From: an uncultured Bacteroidales bacterium
GTDB taxonomy: Bacteria > Bacteroidota > Bacteroidia > Bacteroidales > UBA12077
DNA: 42,010 bases
Assembly (NCBI GenBank): GCA_964345495.1
Contig: CAYFRV010000001.1
Location: forward strand, 1 to 42,010
Direction: 5' to 3'
Shown: positions 17,021 to 26,078 of the stretch, in pieces
Position numbering within the stretch: position 1 is the first letter of the stretch
How the letters are laid out: every line of letters begins with the position of its first letter
The notes under the pieces: model-generated
Told to the model about the DNA's origin: nothing
The model's database searches: none
What the model saw: the letters and a program-made list of their open reading frames with translations, nothing else
Position numbers and translations under genes: made by a program

Positions 17021-17983
17021 ATTATACGTTCCAGGTATCAGATAATTTTTTACGTAATCATTTATCCCCTCTTCTAGCGTATGGAAGGATTTACTATAAC
17101 CCGTACTTCTTAATTTTTTGATATCAGCTTCTGTAAAATATTGATATTTATCGCGAATATCTTCGGGAGTATCAATGTATTCAATCTTTCCGGAAATCCC
17201 TATTGCATTAAAGGTGTTATTAACAAGATCATTAAATGTCCGTGCTTTTCCCTGTCCTATATTGAATAATCCGTTTTTTGGCTTTTTTTCCATAAAGAAA
17301 TACAGCACATCAGTTACATCTTTCACATAGATGAAATCTCTTAGCTGCTCACCGTCTTTGTAGTCATTCCGGTGCGACCTGAAGAGTTTCATTTTACCTG
17401 TTTCCTTAATTTGATTATAAGCATGAAAGATGACCGAAGCCATGCGGCCTTTATGATATTCATTCGGTCCATACACATTGAAGAACTTTACTCCAGCCCA
17501 ATAATCCGGAGCAGAATTTTGTTCCAGTACCCATTTGTCAAAATCATTTTTGGATTCGCCATAAGCGTTTAAAGGTTGAAGTTTAAACGGCAGGTCGTGA
17601 TCATCCTTATATCCGTACTCTCCGCCGCCATAAGTTGCTCCGGAAGATGCATATATTAGGGGAATGTTATTCTCTGCACAGAAACTCCAAATCTTTTTGG
17701 AATAGTTTAGATTAAGGTGATTTAGTATCTCTTTGTCAAATTCTGCAGTATCCGTTCGGGCTCCCAAATGAAAAATAAAGTCAATTTTTTGGTTATCTCT
17801 CGGCATCCAGTGTAGAAAATCTTCCCGGTCGATTTTCTGATTAAATGCTTTTCCGTTTAGATTCTTATTTTTGTCATCTCTCGAAAAATTATCTACTATA
17901 ATAATATCGTGATAACCTTCATCATTTAGTTTTTTGACGAGGTTACTGCCAATAAATCCTGCTGCCCCTGTTACAATAATCAT
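17018..17983 (-). CDS. hldD: ADP-L-glycero-D-manno-heptose 6-epimerase.
   Basis: 321 aa. It has the Rossmann motif VTGAAGFIGSN, the catalytic YGESK and overall HldD/RfaD-like features. Confidence 0.85.
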   Translation of the reverse strand: MIIVTGAAGFIGSNLVKKLNDEGYHDIIIVDNFSRDDKNKNLNGKAFNQKIDREDFLHWMPRDNQKIDFIFHLGARTDTAEFDKEILNHLNLNYSKKIWSFCAENNIPLIYASSGATYGGGEYGYKDDHDLPFKLQPLNAYGESKNDFDKWVLEQNSAPDYWAGVKFFNVYGPNEYHKGRMASVIFHAYNQIKETGKMKLFRSHRNDYKDGEQLRDFIYVKDVTDVLYFFMEKKPKNGLFNIGQGKARTFNDLVNNTFNAIGISGKIEYIDTPEDIRDKYQYFTEADIKKLRSTGYSKSFHTLEEGINDYVKNYLIPGTYN

Positions 17984-18139
17984 AGTTGTTATTTTTAGTC
18001 GATGCGAATTTATTAAAATTTCCTATTTATTAAAAACAATTGATTTGTCCCATGTGTTAAGTTTTATTTGGCACTATTTTATTGGAATTATCATAAAAAT
18101 ATTGTTTATTTGATATAATGTAGCTTAATTCAATGTTTT

Positions 18140-18556
18140 ATGGAGACTTATGTGACTCGCAGAGAGCGCTTTAGTGCTGCTCATAGATTGTATAGAAAAG
18201 ACTGGGACAATGAAAAAAACCTGGAGGTATTTGGTCCTTGTTCAAATCCACAGTGGCACGGACACAACTACGATTTATATGTTACTGTAAAAGGCGAAGT
18301 GGATCAACAAACGGGTTTTGTTATCAATATAAAAGAATTAAGCAAGATAATAAAAGAGTATGTTGTAAATAAGCTGGATCATAAGAACATGAATACTGAA
18401 GTCGATTTTATGAAAGGAAAGCTGGCTTCAACTGAAAATCTGGCCATCGCTATTTGGGATGAACTTGAACCTCCAATTCGCAGGTTAGGCATTGAGCTAC
18501 ATCGAGTAAAAATAACTGAAACAGAGAATAATTTTGTTGAATACTTTGGTAAATAA
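18140..18556 (+). CDS. 6-pyruvoyl-tetrahydropterin synthase / QueD-family enzyme (PTPS-type Cx5HGH motif).
   Basis: 138 aa. Segments seen are FSAAHRL, CSNPQWHGHNY, LDHKNMN and ETENNFVEY. It resembles eukaryote-type PTPS. Confidence 0.8.
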   Translation: METYVTRRERFSAAHRLYRKDWDNEKNLEVFGPCSNPQWHGHNYDLYVTVKGEVDQQTGFVINIKELSKIIKEYVVNKLDHKNMNTEVDFMKGKLASTENLAIAIWDELEPPIRRLGIELHRVKITETENNFVEYFGK

Positions 18557-18567
18557 ATATTTGAATT

Positions 18568-19206
18568 ATGGAAATAGTAAATAATGGTTTTGGTGCTGTT
18601 AAAGAAAGCGGTTACTCAAGAATTGATGTTTGGGACGACGAACGCACCCAAAAAATGGCGGAACATTATAAAGAAATATTGAAACTTTTAGGTGAAGATC
18701 CTGAACGTGAGGGTTTGAAAGATACCCCTATGCGGGTTGCAAAAGCAATGCAATTTTTAAACAAGGGTCAAAATATTGATCCTCGCGAAATAATTCAGTC
18801 GGCAATGTTCCATGAAGATTACAAAGAAATGGTAATTGTCAAGGATATTGAATTGTATTCTATGTGCGAACACCACATGATTCCTTTCTATGGGAAAGCT
18901 CATGTTGCCTATATTCCAGATAAATATATCACGGGATTAAGTAAAATCGCTCATGTTGTGGAGACTTATGCTCGCCGGCTACAAGTGCAAGAGCGACTAA
19001 CTATGGAAATAAGGGATTGCATTCAGCAAACATTAAAACCTATGGGTGTGGCAGTTGTAATTGAGGCGCATCATATGTGTATGCAGATGAGAGGAGTGCA
19101 GAAACAAAATTCAGTGACAACAACTTCTGCTTTTACAGGAACATTTCTAAAAGACACCAGAACGCGTGATGAATTCACTCATTTGATAGGTTCGGAACTT
19201 CATTAA
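18568..19206 (+). CDS. folE: GTP cyclohydrolase I (FolE).
   Basis: 212 aa. Motifs seen are [29 protein letters not shown] and HMCMQMRGV. Confidence 0.93.
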   Translation: MEIVNNGFGAVKESGYSRIDVWDDERTQKMAEHYKEILKLLGEDPEREGLKDTPMRVAKAMQFLNKGQNIDPREIIQSAMFHEDYKEMVIVKDIELYSMCEHHMIPFYGKAHVAYIPDKYITGLSKIAHVVETYARRLQVQERLTMEIRDCIQQTLKPMGVAVVIEAHHMCMQMRGVQKQNSVTTTSAFTGTFLKDTRTRDEFTHLIGSELH

Positions 19207-19273
19207 CTTCAGTTTGAATACGAATTAAAAAATCTTTATTTTCGCTGCTCATTTTAATATTAACTAAAAAGTT

Positions 19274-20164
19274 ATGCCTATGAAAGCTTATGTATTCCCC
19301 GGCCAGGGTGCTCAGTACGTTGGTATGGGAAAAGACTTGTACGAAAAGACACAAATAGGAAAAGAATTATTTGAAAAAGCAAACGATATTTTAGGTTTTA
19401 GCATTACAGAAGTAATGTTTAATGGAACTGATGAAGATTTAAAGCAAACTAACGTAACACAACCGGCCATTTTTCTTCATTCAGTGATTCTGGCAAAAAC
19501 AATTCCTGATTTTAAACCCGATATGGTGGCCGGCCATTCACTCGGCGAATTTTCTGCACTGGTTGCCAACGGAGCTTTGGCATTTGAAGATGCATTAAAA
19601 TTGGTTGCAAAACGTGCAGATGCCATGCAAAAAGCTTGTGAAGTTGAGCCTTCAACTATGGCAGCTATAATGGGGTTAGAGGACGAGACAGTTGAAGAAG
19701 TTTGTAATCAGATTGAGGATGTTGTAGTTCCGGCAAATTATAATAGTCCGGGGCAAGTTGTAATCTCTGGCTCAACAGCTGGTATAGATACGGCTACTGA
19801 AATATTGAAGGAAAAAGGGGCAAAAAGAGCAGTAAAACTTAAAGTTGGGGGTGCTTTCCATTCTCCTTTAATGGAACCGGCAAAACAGGAGCTTGAAAAA
19901 GCCATTAACGAAACCACTTTTTCCAATCCGATTTGCCCGGTATATCAGAATGCTACAGCAACTCCTGCTGATAACCCGGAAACCATAAAAGAAAATTTAA
20001 TAAAACAGCTTACTTCACCTGTGAAATGGACTCAATCAGTTGAAAATATGATTCAGGACGGAGCACAGTCCTTCACAGAAGTAGGCCCGGGGAAAGTATT
20101 GCAGGGGCTTATTAAAAAAGTTGACCGTAAAATGCCTGCTGAAAGTGCTGAAGTCCCTGAATAG
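19274..20164 (+). CDS. fabD: Malonyl-CoA:ACP transacylase.
   Basis: 296 aa. Motifs seen are FPGQGAQ, the active site GHSLGEFSAL and GAFHSPLM. An alternative start is possible at 19280. Confidence 0.92.
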   Translation: MPMKAYVFPGQGAQYVGMGKDLYEKTQIGKELFEKANDILGFSITEVMFNGTDEDLKQTNVTQPAIFLHSVILAKTIPDFKPDMVAGHSLGEFSALVANGALAFEDALKLVAKRADAMQKACEVEPSTMAAIMGLEDETVEEVCNQIEDVVVPANYNSPGQVVISGSTAGIDTATEILKEKGAKRAVKLKVGGAFHSPLMEPAKQELEKAINETTFSNPICPVYQNATATPADNPETIKENLIKQLTSPVKWTQSVENMIQDGAQSFTEVGPGKVLQGLIKKVDRKMPAESAEVPE

Positions 20165-20410
20165 AAATTCAGAAACAGAAGTGAAGATAAAAATGTTCAT
20201 TAGTTGACTAACAAGTAGAAAGTATTTAGTAAATAGTAGAATGGCATAAAACGCCTTTTATTAGTAGTTTAAATAAGTGGCGTTAAGAGAGATGAATTTG
20301 ACAACCTTTAAACTCTTGCCAAATCGCTGCTTTCTACTGACTACTTTCTACTTTTCTTGCTGCCAAAAAATGCTGCTTTTTTATATATTTTCTGATTCTG
20401 AATGTGCCTA
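20162..20410. repeat. Copy of the MITE-like element, a roughly 245-bp imperfect palindrome between convergent genes.
   Basis: The termini are TA|GAAATTCAGAAACAGAAGTGAAG (20162-20186) and TTCTGATTCTGAATGTGCC|TA (20390-20410). The arms are 20213-20245 and 20318-20355 (AGTAGAAAGTA-type). The central stem is AACGCC (20250-20255)/GGCGTT (20279-20284). Confidence 0.65.
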
Positions 20411-20412
20411 AC

Positions 20413-20826
20413 CTAATCGCCCTTAAACTTTAAAGTTATATTTTGTTCAATGTCCGGATGAAGGCTTCTCGGCACAGGACTGGCATTTACCAGGTTTTTC
20501 AGTATATCTTTCTGTTCATCTGTCAAATCATGATTTGTAAAGTCATATTCGATCTGAACTTCTTTGATTCTCCGCGGATCATTACGCATAATCTTTTTTG
20601 CCGTTGCCGTTGCATTGTCAATATTAAAACCATTTTCCTTCGCTTTTATACCCATAATGGTAAAAATGCAACTGCACAGTGCGCTGGATACCATGTCTGT
20701 CGGTGAAAAGTATTCGCCTTTTCCTTTGTTGTCAACAGGAGCATCAGTAGTGATCTTTTTTCCTGATCGTTCGTGTGTAATTTCTGTACGAAGCTCTCCT
20801 TTGTATTGTATGTGATAAGTTTCCAT
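20413..20826 (-). CDS. OsmC/Ohr family protein.
   Basis: 137 aa. The size and pattern are OsmC-like (SPTDMVSSALCSC). Confidence 0.7.
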   Translation of the reverse strand: METYHIQYKGELRTEITHERSGKKITTDAPVDNKGKGEYFSPTDMVSSALCSCIFTIMGIKAKENGFNIDNATATAKKIMRNDPRRIKEVQIEYDFTNHDLTDEQKDILKNLVNASPVPRSLHPDIEQNITLKFKGD

Positions 20827-20882
20827 AATATTGATTTTTGAAGTAATACTCTTGTTTTAGCAGAATTGTTCGCTGCATTCCA

Positions 20883-23285
20883 TTATTTTTTTGTAAATGT
20901 CATTTTGTATTTGCTGTTTTCCTTTGCTTTGTCTTTGCTGAAATAATCTTTGTGGTATTTTTTGTTGATGTATAATTCTGTTTGATCGCAGTAATGCTTG
21001 CTTGCAGGAATACCTGAATTTCCGGTAGGAATAATACTCCAGGATTGATCCCAGTCGGCAAAGTTGTATATCTGTCTGTGTGATGCACCGTGATCAGCAT
21101 CGTATGGGTTGCTTAAAGAATAACTGTAAGGGGATACCGTATGATAACTTCCACCTACTTTGAAAGGACCTTTATTTAAATTAAAAATTTTGTCTAGTAT
21201 TTTCTTTTCACCCAGTGGATGAGCAAGCGTAAGGGTGTGATGATTGCCCCATTTCCATTGTTCAATATTACTTCCTGCTTCTTTTTCAAGTTCTTTTATT
21301 GCATCTTGAAAACTATTTATAACTAAATCGCTGAATGATTCTTTTTCCTTTGTAGATATGTTATTTATCCATTTGTTGTTTTTATCGTTGAATGTCTTGT
21401 TCACTAAATTTCTCACCAGAATATCATGGTTTAGAAATTTTCCGACAAGTGAATCTCCCAATTCATCACCTGTAAGAGATTTTACATATTCAATATAGAA
21501 TTTTTCAAAAATCAGTGCAGCTTTGCTTTCTTTGCTGTAATGAGCGTTCCACTTTTTTAGTTTATCCAGTGCTTGTTTTTCAGTTTCAGAAAAAGAATCA
21601 GATGAGCTTTCCAGAACATTGATGATTTCAGGTTTAAGCCGCTTTGCCATGTTTGATGTTTGGTCTGTTTGGATGCGTTTAAAATTGGCGAGGGTTAATT
21701 TCTCTTTCTCTGAAAGAAGGGTTCTTATTCTGTCGATTCTTGAGGGAAGGTCATACCAATGACTGATATAGTAGGGATAGTCATCATCTGCAATTCTGTT
21801 GTTTGCAGAAGCAACAAAGCCGGATTCCGGGTTGTAGGTGTGAGGGAGCTGGTCAAAAGGCACAAAGCCTTTCCAGTCGTATTTTGTTGTATCGCCCGGA
21901 TAGATAGAAATTCCATTTCCTTCCCGTATTGGAATACCGGCGCAGCAATATAAACCAATGTTGCCCTGAACATCTGCATAAACAATGTTTTGACTGACCG
22001 ATATAAAAGTTTTAACAGCATCTTTAAATTCCTTCCAGTTTGCTGCATGGTTGAGCAGATAAACAGAGCGAAGTTCATTGCTGTATTCATTGCCGATCCA
22101 TCTCATGGAAACTTGTTTGTCCTTAATATTTTTATGTTTTGAAATAATTGGACCGCGGTGAGTGTATTTGATTGTTCTGTTTACTGTATCCCCGCTTTTC
22201 AGAGGGATCTGTTCTTCTTCTGTTTTCAGATTTTTCCATTTTCCATTTAAACGGTATTTGCCAGAATCTTCCGGATGTATTGTTTCTTCGTAAAAATCCA
22301 TATCATCAAGCATAACATTGGTTAATCCCCAGGCGATGCTGTCATTATGTCCTGATATTACAAATGGCTGACCCGGTATAACTACCCCTGTGACATTTAA
22401 TTTCCCTTCAACCACCATGTGCATTTGTTGCCAAAGTCCCGGAGCAAATAACCCAAGGTGCATATCATTTGCAAGAATGGGTTTCCCCGTGGCACTTTTC
22501 TTTCCTGAAACGGCCCAGTTATTGCTTCCGGAGAACACTTTCAAACCCAGTTTTTCCAGTTTTTGTTTTTGTGCGAGAAGATTATCCATCATTTTCAGAA
22601 TAATGGTATCTGACTCATAATCAGGGAATACATAAGAGTTTTGGTTTGATAAATCAGGGATCAGCGATTGAGCTTTCATTTTGCCTACTTTTGCTCTCAG
22701 CTTATGTAGGGTGATTTCATAACTCCACGGCATAGTAAGATCCCACGCCATATAACCAATCAGGTTGATAGAGTGTATAGGTTTCCATGGTTTGGGTTTA
22801 TATCGGAGAATGCTGAATTCCGGGGGGAGTTGATCTTTATTGTTTTGGATGTACTGATTCACTCCGCTGGAGAAAGCTTCTAATGCTGTTTTTATTTCTT
22901 TCGGTGTGTTATTAAGGACTTTTTGGGATTTTTCCGTTATTCTTAAGGAACGCATCAGCACATCTGTGTCTATAAAATCTTCTCCAAATATTTCAGAAAG
23001 GTTTCCTGTTGTAGCTCGCCGGAGCAGATCCATCTGCCATAGTCTGTCTTGTGCCATTAAATAACCGACAGCTGTATAGAGGTCTTTTTCTGAGTTTGCG
23101 TAAATATGTGGAATTGCCAGGCTATCCCGGTAAACTTCAACCTTTTGGGTTATCTCTTTTAATTGAATATCCTTATTGTAATCGGGGATTGATTTGTGTG
23201 CAATGCGGTATCTCAGCACGGCCATTATCCCGAGCAGGATCAGAATAATTCCTGCTATTCCTATGATGATGCGTTTTTTGTTCAT
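20883..23285 (-). CDS. Penicillin acylase family Ntn-hydrolase with an N-terminal membrane anchor.
   Basis: About 800 aa. There is a TM/signal anchor, IIIGIAGIILILLGIMAV. The putative autoprocessing nucleophile context is FSGSNNWAVSG. I prefer the ATG at 23285 over the one at 23348. Confidence 0.85.
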   Translation of the reverse strand: MNKKRIIIGIAGIILILLGIMAVLRYRIAHKSIPDYNKDIQLKEITQKVEVYRDSLAIPHIYANSEKDLYTAVGYLMAQDRLWQMDLLRRATTGNLSEIFGEDFIDTDVLMRSLRITEKSQKVLNNTPKEIKTALEAFSSGVNQYIQNNKDQLPPEFSILRYKPKPWKPIHSINLIGYMAWDLTMPWSYEITLHKLRAKVGKMKAQSLIPDLSNQNSYVFPDYESDTIILKMMDNLLAQKQKLEKLGLKVFSGSNNWAVSGKKSATGKPILANDMHLGLFAPGLWQQMHMVVEGKLNVTGVVIPGQPFVISGHNDSIAWGLTNVMLDDMDFYEETIHPEDSGKYRLNGKWKNLKTEEEQIPLKSGDTVNRTIKYTHRGPIISKHKNIKDKQVSMRWIGNEYSNELRSVYLLNHAANWKEFKDAVKTFISVSQNIVYADVQGNIGLYCCAGIPIREGNGISIYPGDTTKYDWKGFVPFDQLPHTYNPESGFVASANNRIADDDYPYYISHWYDLPSRIDRIRTLLSEKEKLTLANFKRIQTDQTSNMAKRLKPEIINVLESSSDSFSETEKQALDKLKKWNAHYSKESKAALIFEKFYIEYVKSLTGDELGDSLVGKFLNHDILVRNLVNKTFNDKNNKWINNISTKEKESFSDLVINSFQDAIKELEKEAGSNIEQWKWGNHHTLTLAHPLGEKKILDKIFNLNKGPFKVGGSYHTVSPYSYSLSNPYDADHGASHRQIYNFADWDQSWSIIPTGNSGIPASKHYCDQTELYINKKYHKDYFSKDKAKENSKYKMTFTKK

Positions 23286-23521
23286 TATGATAAAATTTTT
23301 TATTTGAACGATTGAAAGCACAAAAAAATAGATGTGATTTTTCTGCAAATTTCAAATTGACAACTTACTAGTTACATACAATTTTCGTTTTGTACCCGCT
23401 AATATAGCAGAAATCATCCATAAATAAAAATATAAGTTTAAATGTGAAAATTGTTAAACTTAGGGGGAAATGACAGAAACAGTGATTTTATAAATAGCAG
23501 AAAAAAGGAATCAGACTGTTA

Positions 23522-23983
23522 TTAATTATCGTTATCCTTGCTATCTTTTAATTTTTTCAACAGATAGGATTTAAAGTCGTAATCAGCCATGTAAATCCGC
23601 ATGACTTTTTCAATGGGTAAGATTTCTTTAAATTTTTCATGATATTCCTTAAGAAGCTGGCCTTTTTTGTATCTATAATCAACGTACTGATCAGCTATAT
23701 TTTCAAGTTCTTTATTGCTCATTGAATCAGAGTGTTTGAGGTAATAATTCATGCTTTCTTTTCGCTCATCAATGAGTTCGTTTTTTTTATTCCAATATTC
23801 ATTATAAACAGGCCAGAATTGCTGGGCTTCTTCAATTGTAAGACCTATCTTTTCAGTAAAAAAAGCAATTTTTTCTTTTTGTATTTGCTCCCTCACATTT
23901 ATATCGTCTTTTTGAGCATAAATGCTGCTACTTAACAAAGAAAAAAACAGGCTTAATATGATAATGGAATACAGTCGTTTCAT
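23522..23983 (-). CDS. Secreted helical periplasmic protein (Spy/CpxP-like, hypothetical).
   Basis: 153 aa. It has a signal peptide ending in IYAQ and a charged helical body. It is the third gene of an ECF sigma/anti-sigma module. Confidence 0.4.
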   Translation of the reverse strand: MKRLYSIIILSLFFSLLSSSIYAQKDDINVREQIQKEKIAFFTEKIGLTIEEAQQFWPVYNEYWNKKNELIDERKESMNYYLKHSDSMSNKELENIADQYVDYRYKKGQLLKEYHEKFKEILPIEKVMRIYMADYDFKSYLLKKLKDSKDNDN

Positions 23984-23987
23984 GGTT

Positions 23988-24458
23988 TTATTTGTTTGAG
24001 GAATCTTGCTCTTCCGCTTCTAATTCTTTAATTAATGTGCCATAATCAATATCATCTTCCAAAAGGTAATCTATATATTCATCTGCTTTTTCGTTGTTTA
24101 TTTCATTGTTTTTTTGCTGTTCCTGAATTGCTTTTATCATTTCTTCTTCAGATGAATATTGATCTTCATAATTAATCTTGGCTATATCTTCTGATAACGA
24201 AGTTTGCTTTTGGCCGGAATCGCTAATTATATTTACTGCAAAGAAGGCAAGGAGAGCAACACCTATAAACATTGCTGCTAGTGAAAAAGCAGGTTTAAGT
24301 ATGTTTATAAGTGAATTACCGCTTTGTTCTGTTTGTTCGGTTTCTTTACAGCGGGCTTGAATTTTTTCGGGCAATTCTTCAAAATAATTCTCAGGCACCC
24401 GAAATGGGAGCTCTTTGTTTATTTTGTTAAGATCTATATGTTGTTTTTGATTTTTCAT
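23988..24458 (-). CDS. Putative anti-sigma factor (single-pass membrane protein).
   Basis: 156 aa. It has a central TM segment, AFSLAAMFIGVALLAFFAVNII, and an acidic C-terminal tail. It lies directly downstream of an ECF sigma gene. I saw no ZAS motif. Confidence 0.5.
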   Translation of the reverse strand: MKNQKQHIDLNKINKELPFRVPENYFEELPEKIQARCKETEQTEQSGNSLINILKPAFSLAAMFIGVALLAFFAVNIISDSGQKQTSLSEDIAKINYEDQYSSEEEMIKAIQEQQKNNEINNEKADEYIDYLLEDDIDYGTLIKELEAEEQDSSNK

Positions 24459-24505
24459 TGCTATTTTTCCCTTTTACCTATGTGACTGACTTAAACTCTA
24501 ATAGT

Positions 24506-25054
24506 TTAATTGTTTTTTAAGTAGTTTTCAATTTTTTTAACTGCATGATGGTAAGAAGCTTTTAATGCTCCAATTGATGTTTCCAGTATTTCAGACATGT
24601 CCTCGTATTTCATCTCATCAAAATATTTCATGTTGAAAACGAGGCGTTGTTTTTCTGGTAATGTGAGTATTGCTTTTTGTAGTTTCATTTGTATTTCATC
24701 GCCACTGAAATAATTGTCGCTTTCCAGTGTGTCTTTCAGTTGATTTTCGACATCTACGAATGAAATGAAGTATCTTCGCTTTTTTTGTTTCAGAAATGTT
24801 AAGGATTCATTTGTAGCTATTCTGTATAGCCACGTAAATAATTTTGAGTCTTCTCTGAATCTGTGTAAACCTTTCCATATTTTTACAAAGGTATTTTGTA
24901 AAACATCATCAGCATCTTCATGATTAATTACAATTTTACGGATGTGCCAATAGAGCCTCTCCTGATAATTTTTTATGATGACGTTAAAAGCGAAGTCTTT
25001 GGTGTCTTCAGCTTTAAACATCTGAAGAAGCTCCTTATCAGAATACTCGGCCAT
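24506..25054 (-). CDS. RNA polymerase ECF-type sigma-70 factor.
   Basis: 182 aa. Region 2 reads FTWLYRIATNESLTFLKQKK. Region 4 reads MKYEDMSEILETSIGALKASYHHAVKK. Confidence 0.85.
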   Translation of the reverse strand: MAEYSDKELLQMFKAEDTKDFAFNVIIKNYQERLYWHIRKIVINHEDADDVLQNTFVKIWKGLHRFREDSKLFTWLYRIATNESLTFLKQKKRRYFISFVDVENQLKDTLESDNYFSGDEIQMKLQKAILTLPEKQRLVFNMKYFDEMKYEDMSEILETSIGALKASYHHAVKKIENYLKNN

Positions 25055-25072
25055 ATTTTTTAATAGTAACTT

Positions 25073-26062
25073 TTACTGGATTGAGGAACCGGATTGCTGA
25101 AAAATAGTTTTTTTACGTTCAACAGACTTTTCTGCAGCGCGAATAATGTCCGGTATATCAAGATTATATTTTTTTAGCAATTCATCCGGTTTACCGCTTT
25201 CGCCAAATGTATCATCCACTGCTACCATTTCCAGAGGTAAGGGGTGTTTTCTTGCAAGCAATTGTGCAATGCTGTCTCCCATGCCTCCATTTCTTAAGTG
25301 TTCTTCTGCAGTAACTACAGCATTGGTTTTTTTGACAGATTTCAATACAGCTTCTTCATCTAATGGTTTTATTGTGTGTAAGTTGATTACTTCTGCTGAT
25401 ATGTTTTTTTCTGCCAGTTCTTCTGCAGCTTTTAATGAAGGATAGACCAAATGGCCTGTGGCTATTATTGTAACGTCGTTTCCTTCAATCAGATTAATAG
25501 CTTTGCCTATTTCGAAATGTTGATCCTCAGGAGTGAAATTGGGCACTTTCGGTCTTCCAAACCTTAAATATGCCGGGCCAACATGATCTGCCAGAGCTAT
25601 TGTTGCGGCTTTTGTTTGGTTATAGTCGGCAGGATTAATTACGGTCATGTGTGGTAACATTTTCATTAATCCTATATCTTCCATTATTTGGTGTGAAGCT
25701 CCGTCTTCTCCAAGGGTTATTCCTGCGTGAGAAGCACAAATTTTTACATTTTTCCCGGAATAAGCGATAGATTGCCTAACCTGGTCATATACTCTTCCGG
25801 TTGCGAAATTTGCAAAAGTAGTTGCGAAAGGTATTTTTCCTCCAATAGTGAGACCGGCCGCCATTCCCATCATGTTTGCTTCTGCTATGCCGGATTGAAA
25901 AAACCGTTCCGGGAACTCATTTATAAAGTCGTTGATTTTTAATGACCCGCTAAGGTCGGCGCAAAGTGCAACTACATCGGGGTTTTTCTTTCCCAGTTCA
26001 TAGAGTCCTGCTCCAAATCCTGCTCTTGTTGCTTTCGATTCTTCAGCTATTATTTTTTCCAT
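25073..26062 (-). CDS. Transketolase, C-terminal (pyrimidine-binding) subunit.
   Basis: 329 aa. Segments seen are TRAGFGAGL, GIAEANMMGMAAGL and HAGITLGEDGASHQ. Confidence 0.9.
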   Translation of the reverse strand: MEKIIAEESKATRAGFGAGLYELGKKNPDVVALCADLSGSLKINDFINEFPERFFQSGIAEANMMGMAAGLTIGGKIPFATTFANFATGRVYDQVRQSIAYSGKNVKICASHAGITLGEDGASHQIMEDIGLMKMLPHMTVINPADYNQTKAATIALADHVGPAYLRFGRPKVPNFTPEDQHFEIGKAINLIEGNDVTIIATGHLVYPSLKAAEELAEKNISAEVINLHTIKPLDEEAVLKSVKKTNAVVTAEEHLRNGGMGDSIAQLLARKHPLPLEMVAVDDTFGESGKPDELLKKYNLDIPDIIRAAEKSVERKKTIFQQSGSSIQ

Positions 26063-26078
26063 AGTTATTTATGTTTTC

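Noticed and set aside
17984-18139. A preQ1 riboswitch upstream of the PTPS/QueD-folE pair.
   Set aside because: The region is AT-rich and has no short hairpin followed by an A-rich tail or CTAG-type preQ1 signature that I could recognise.
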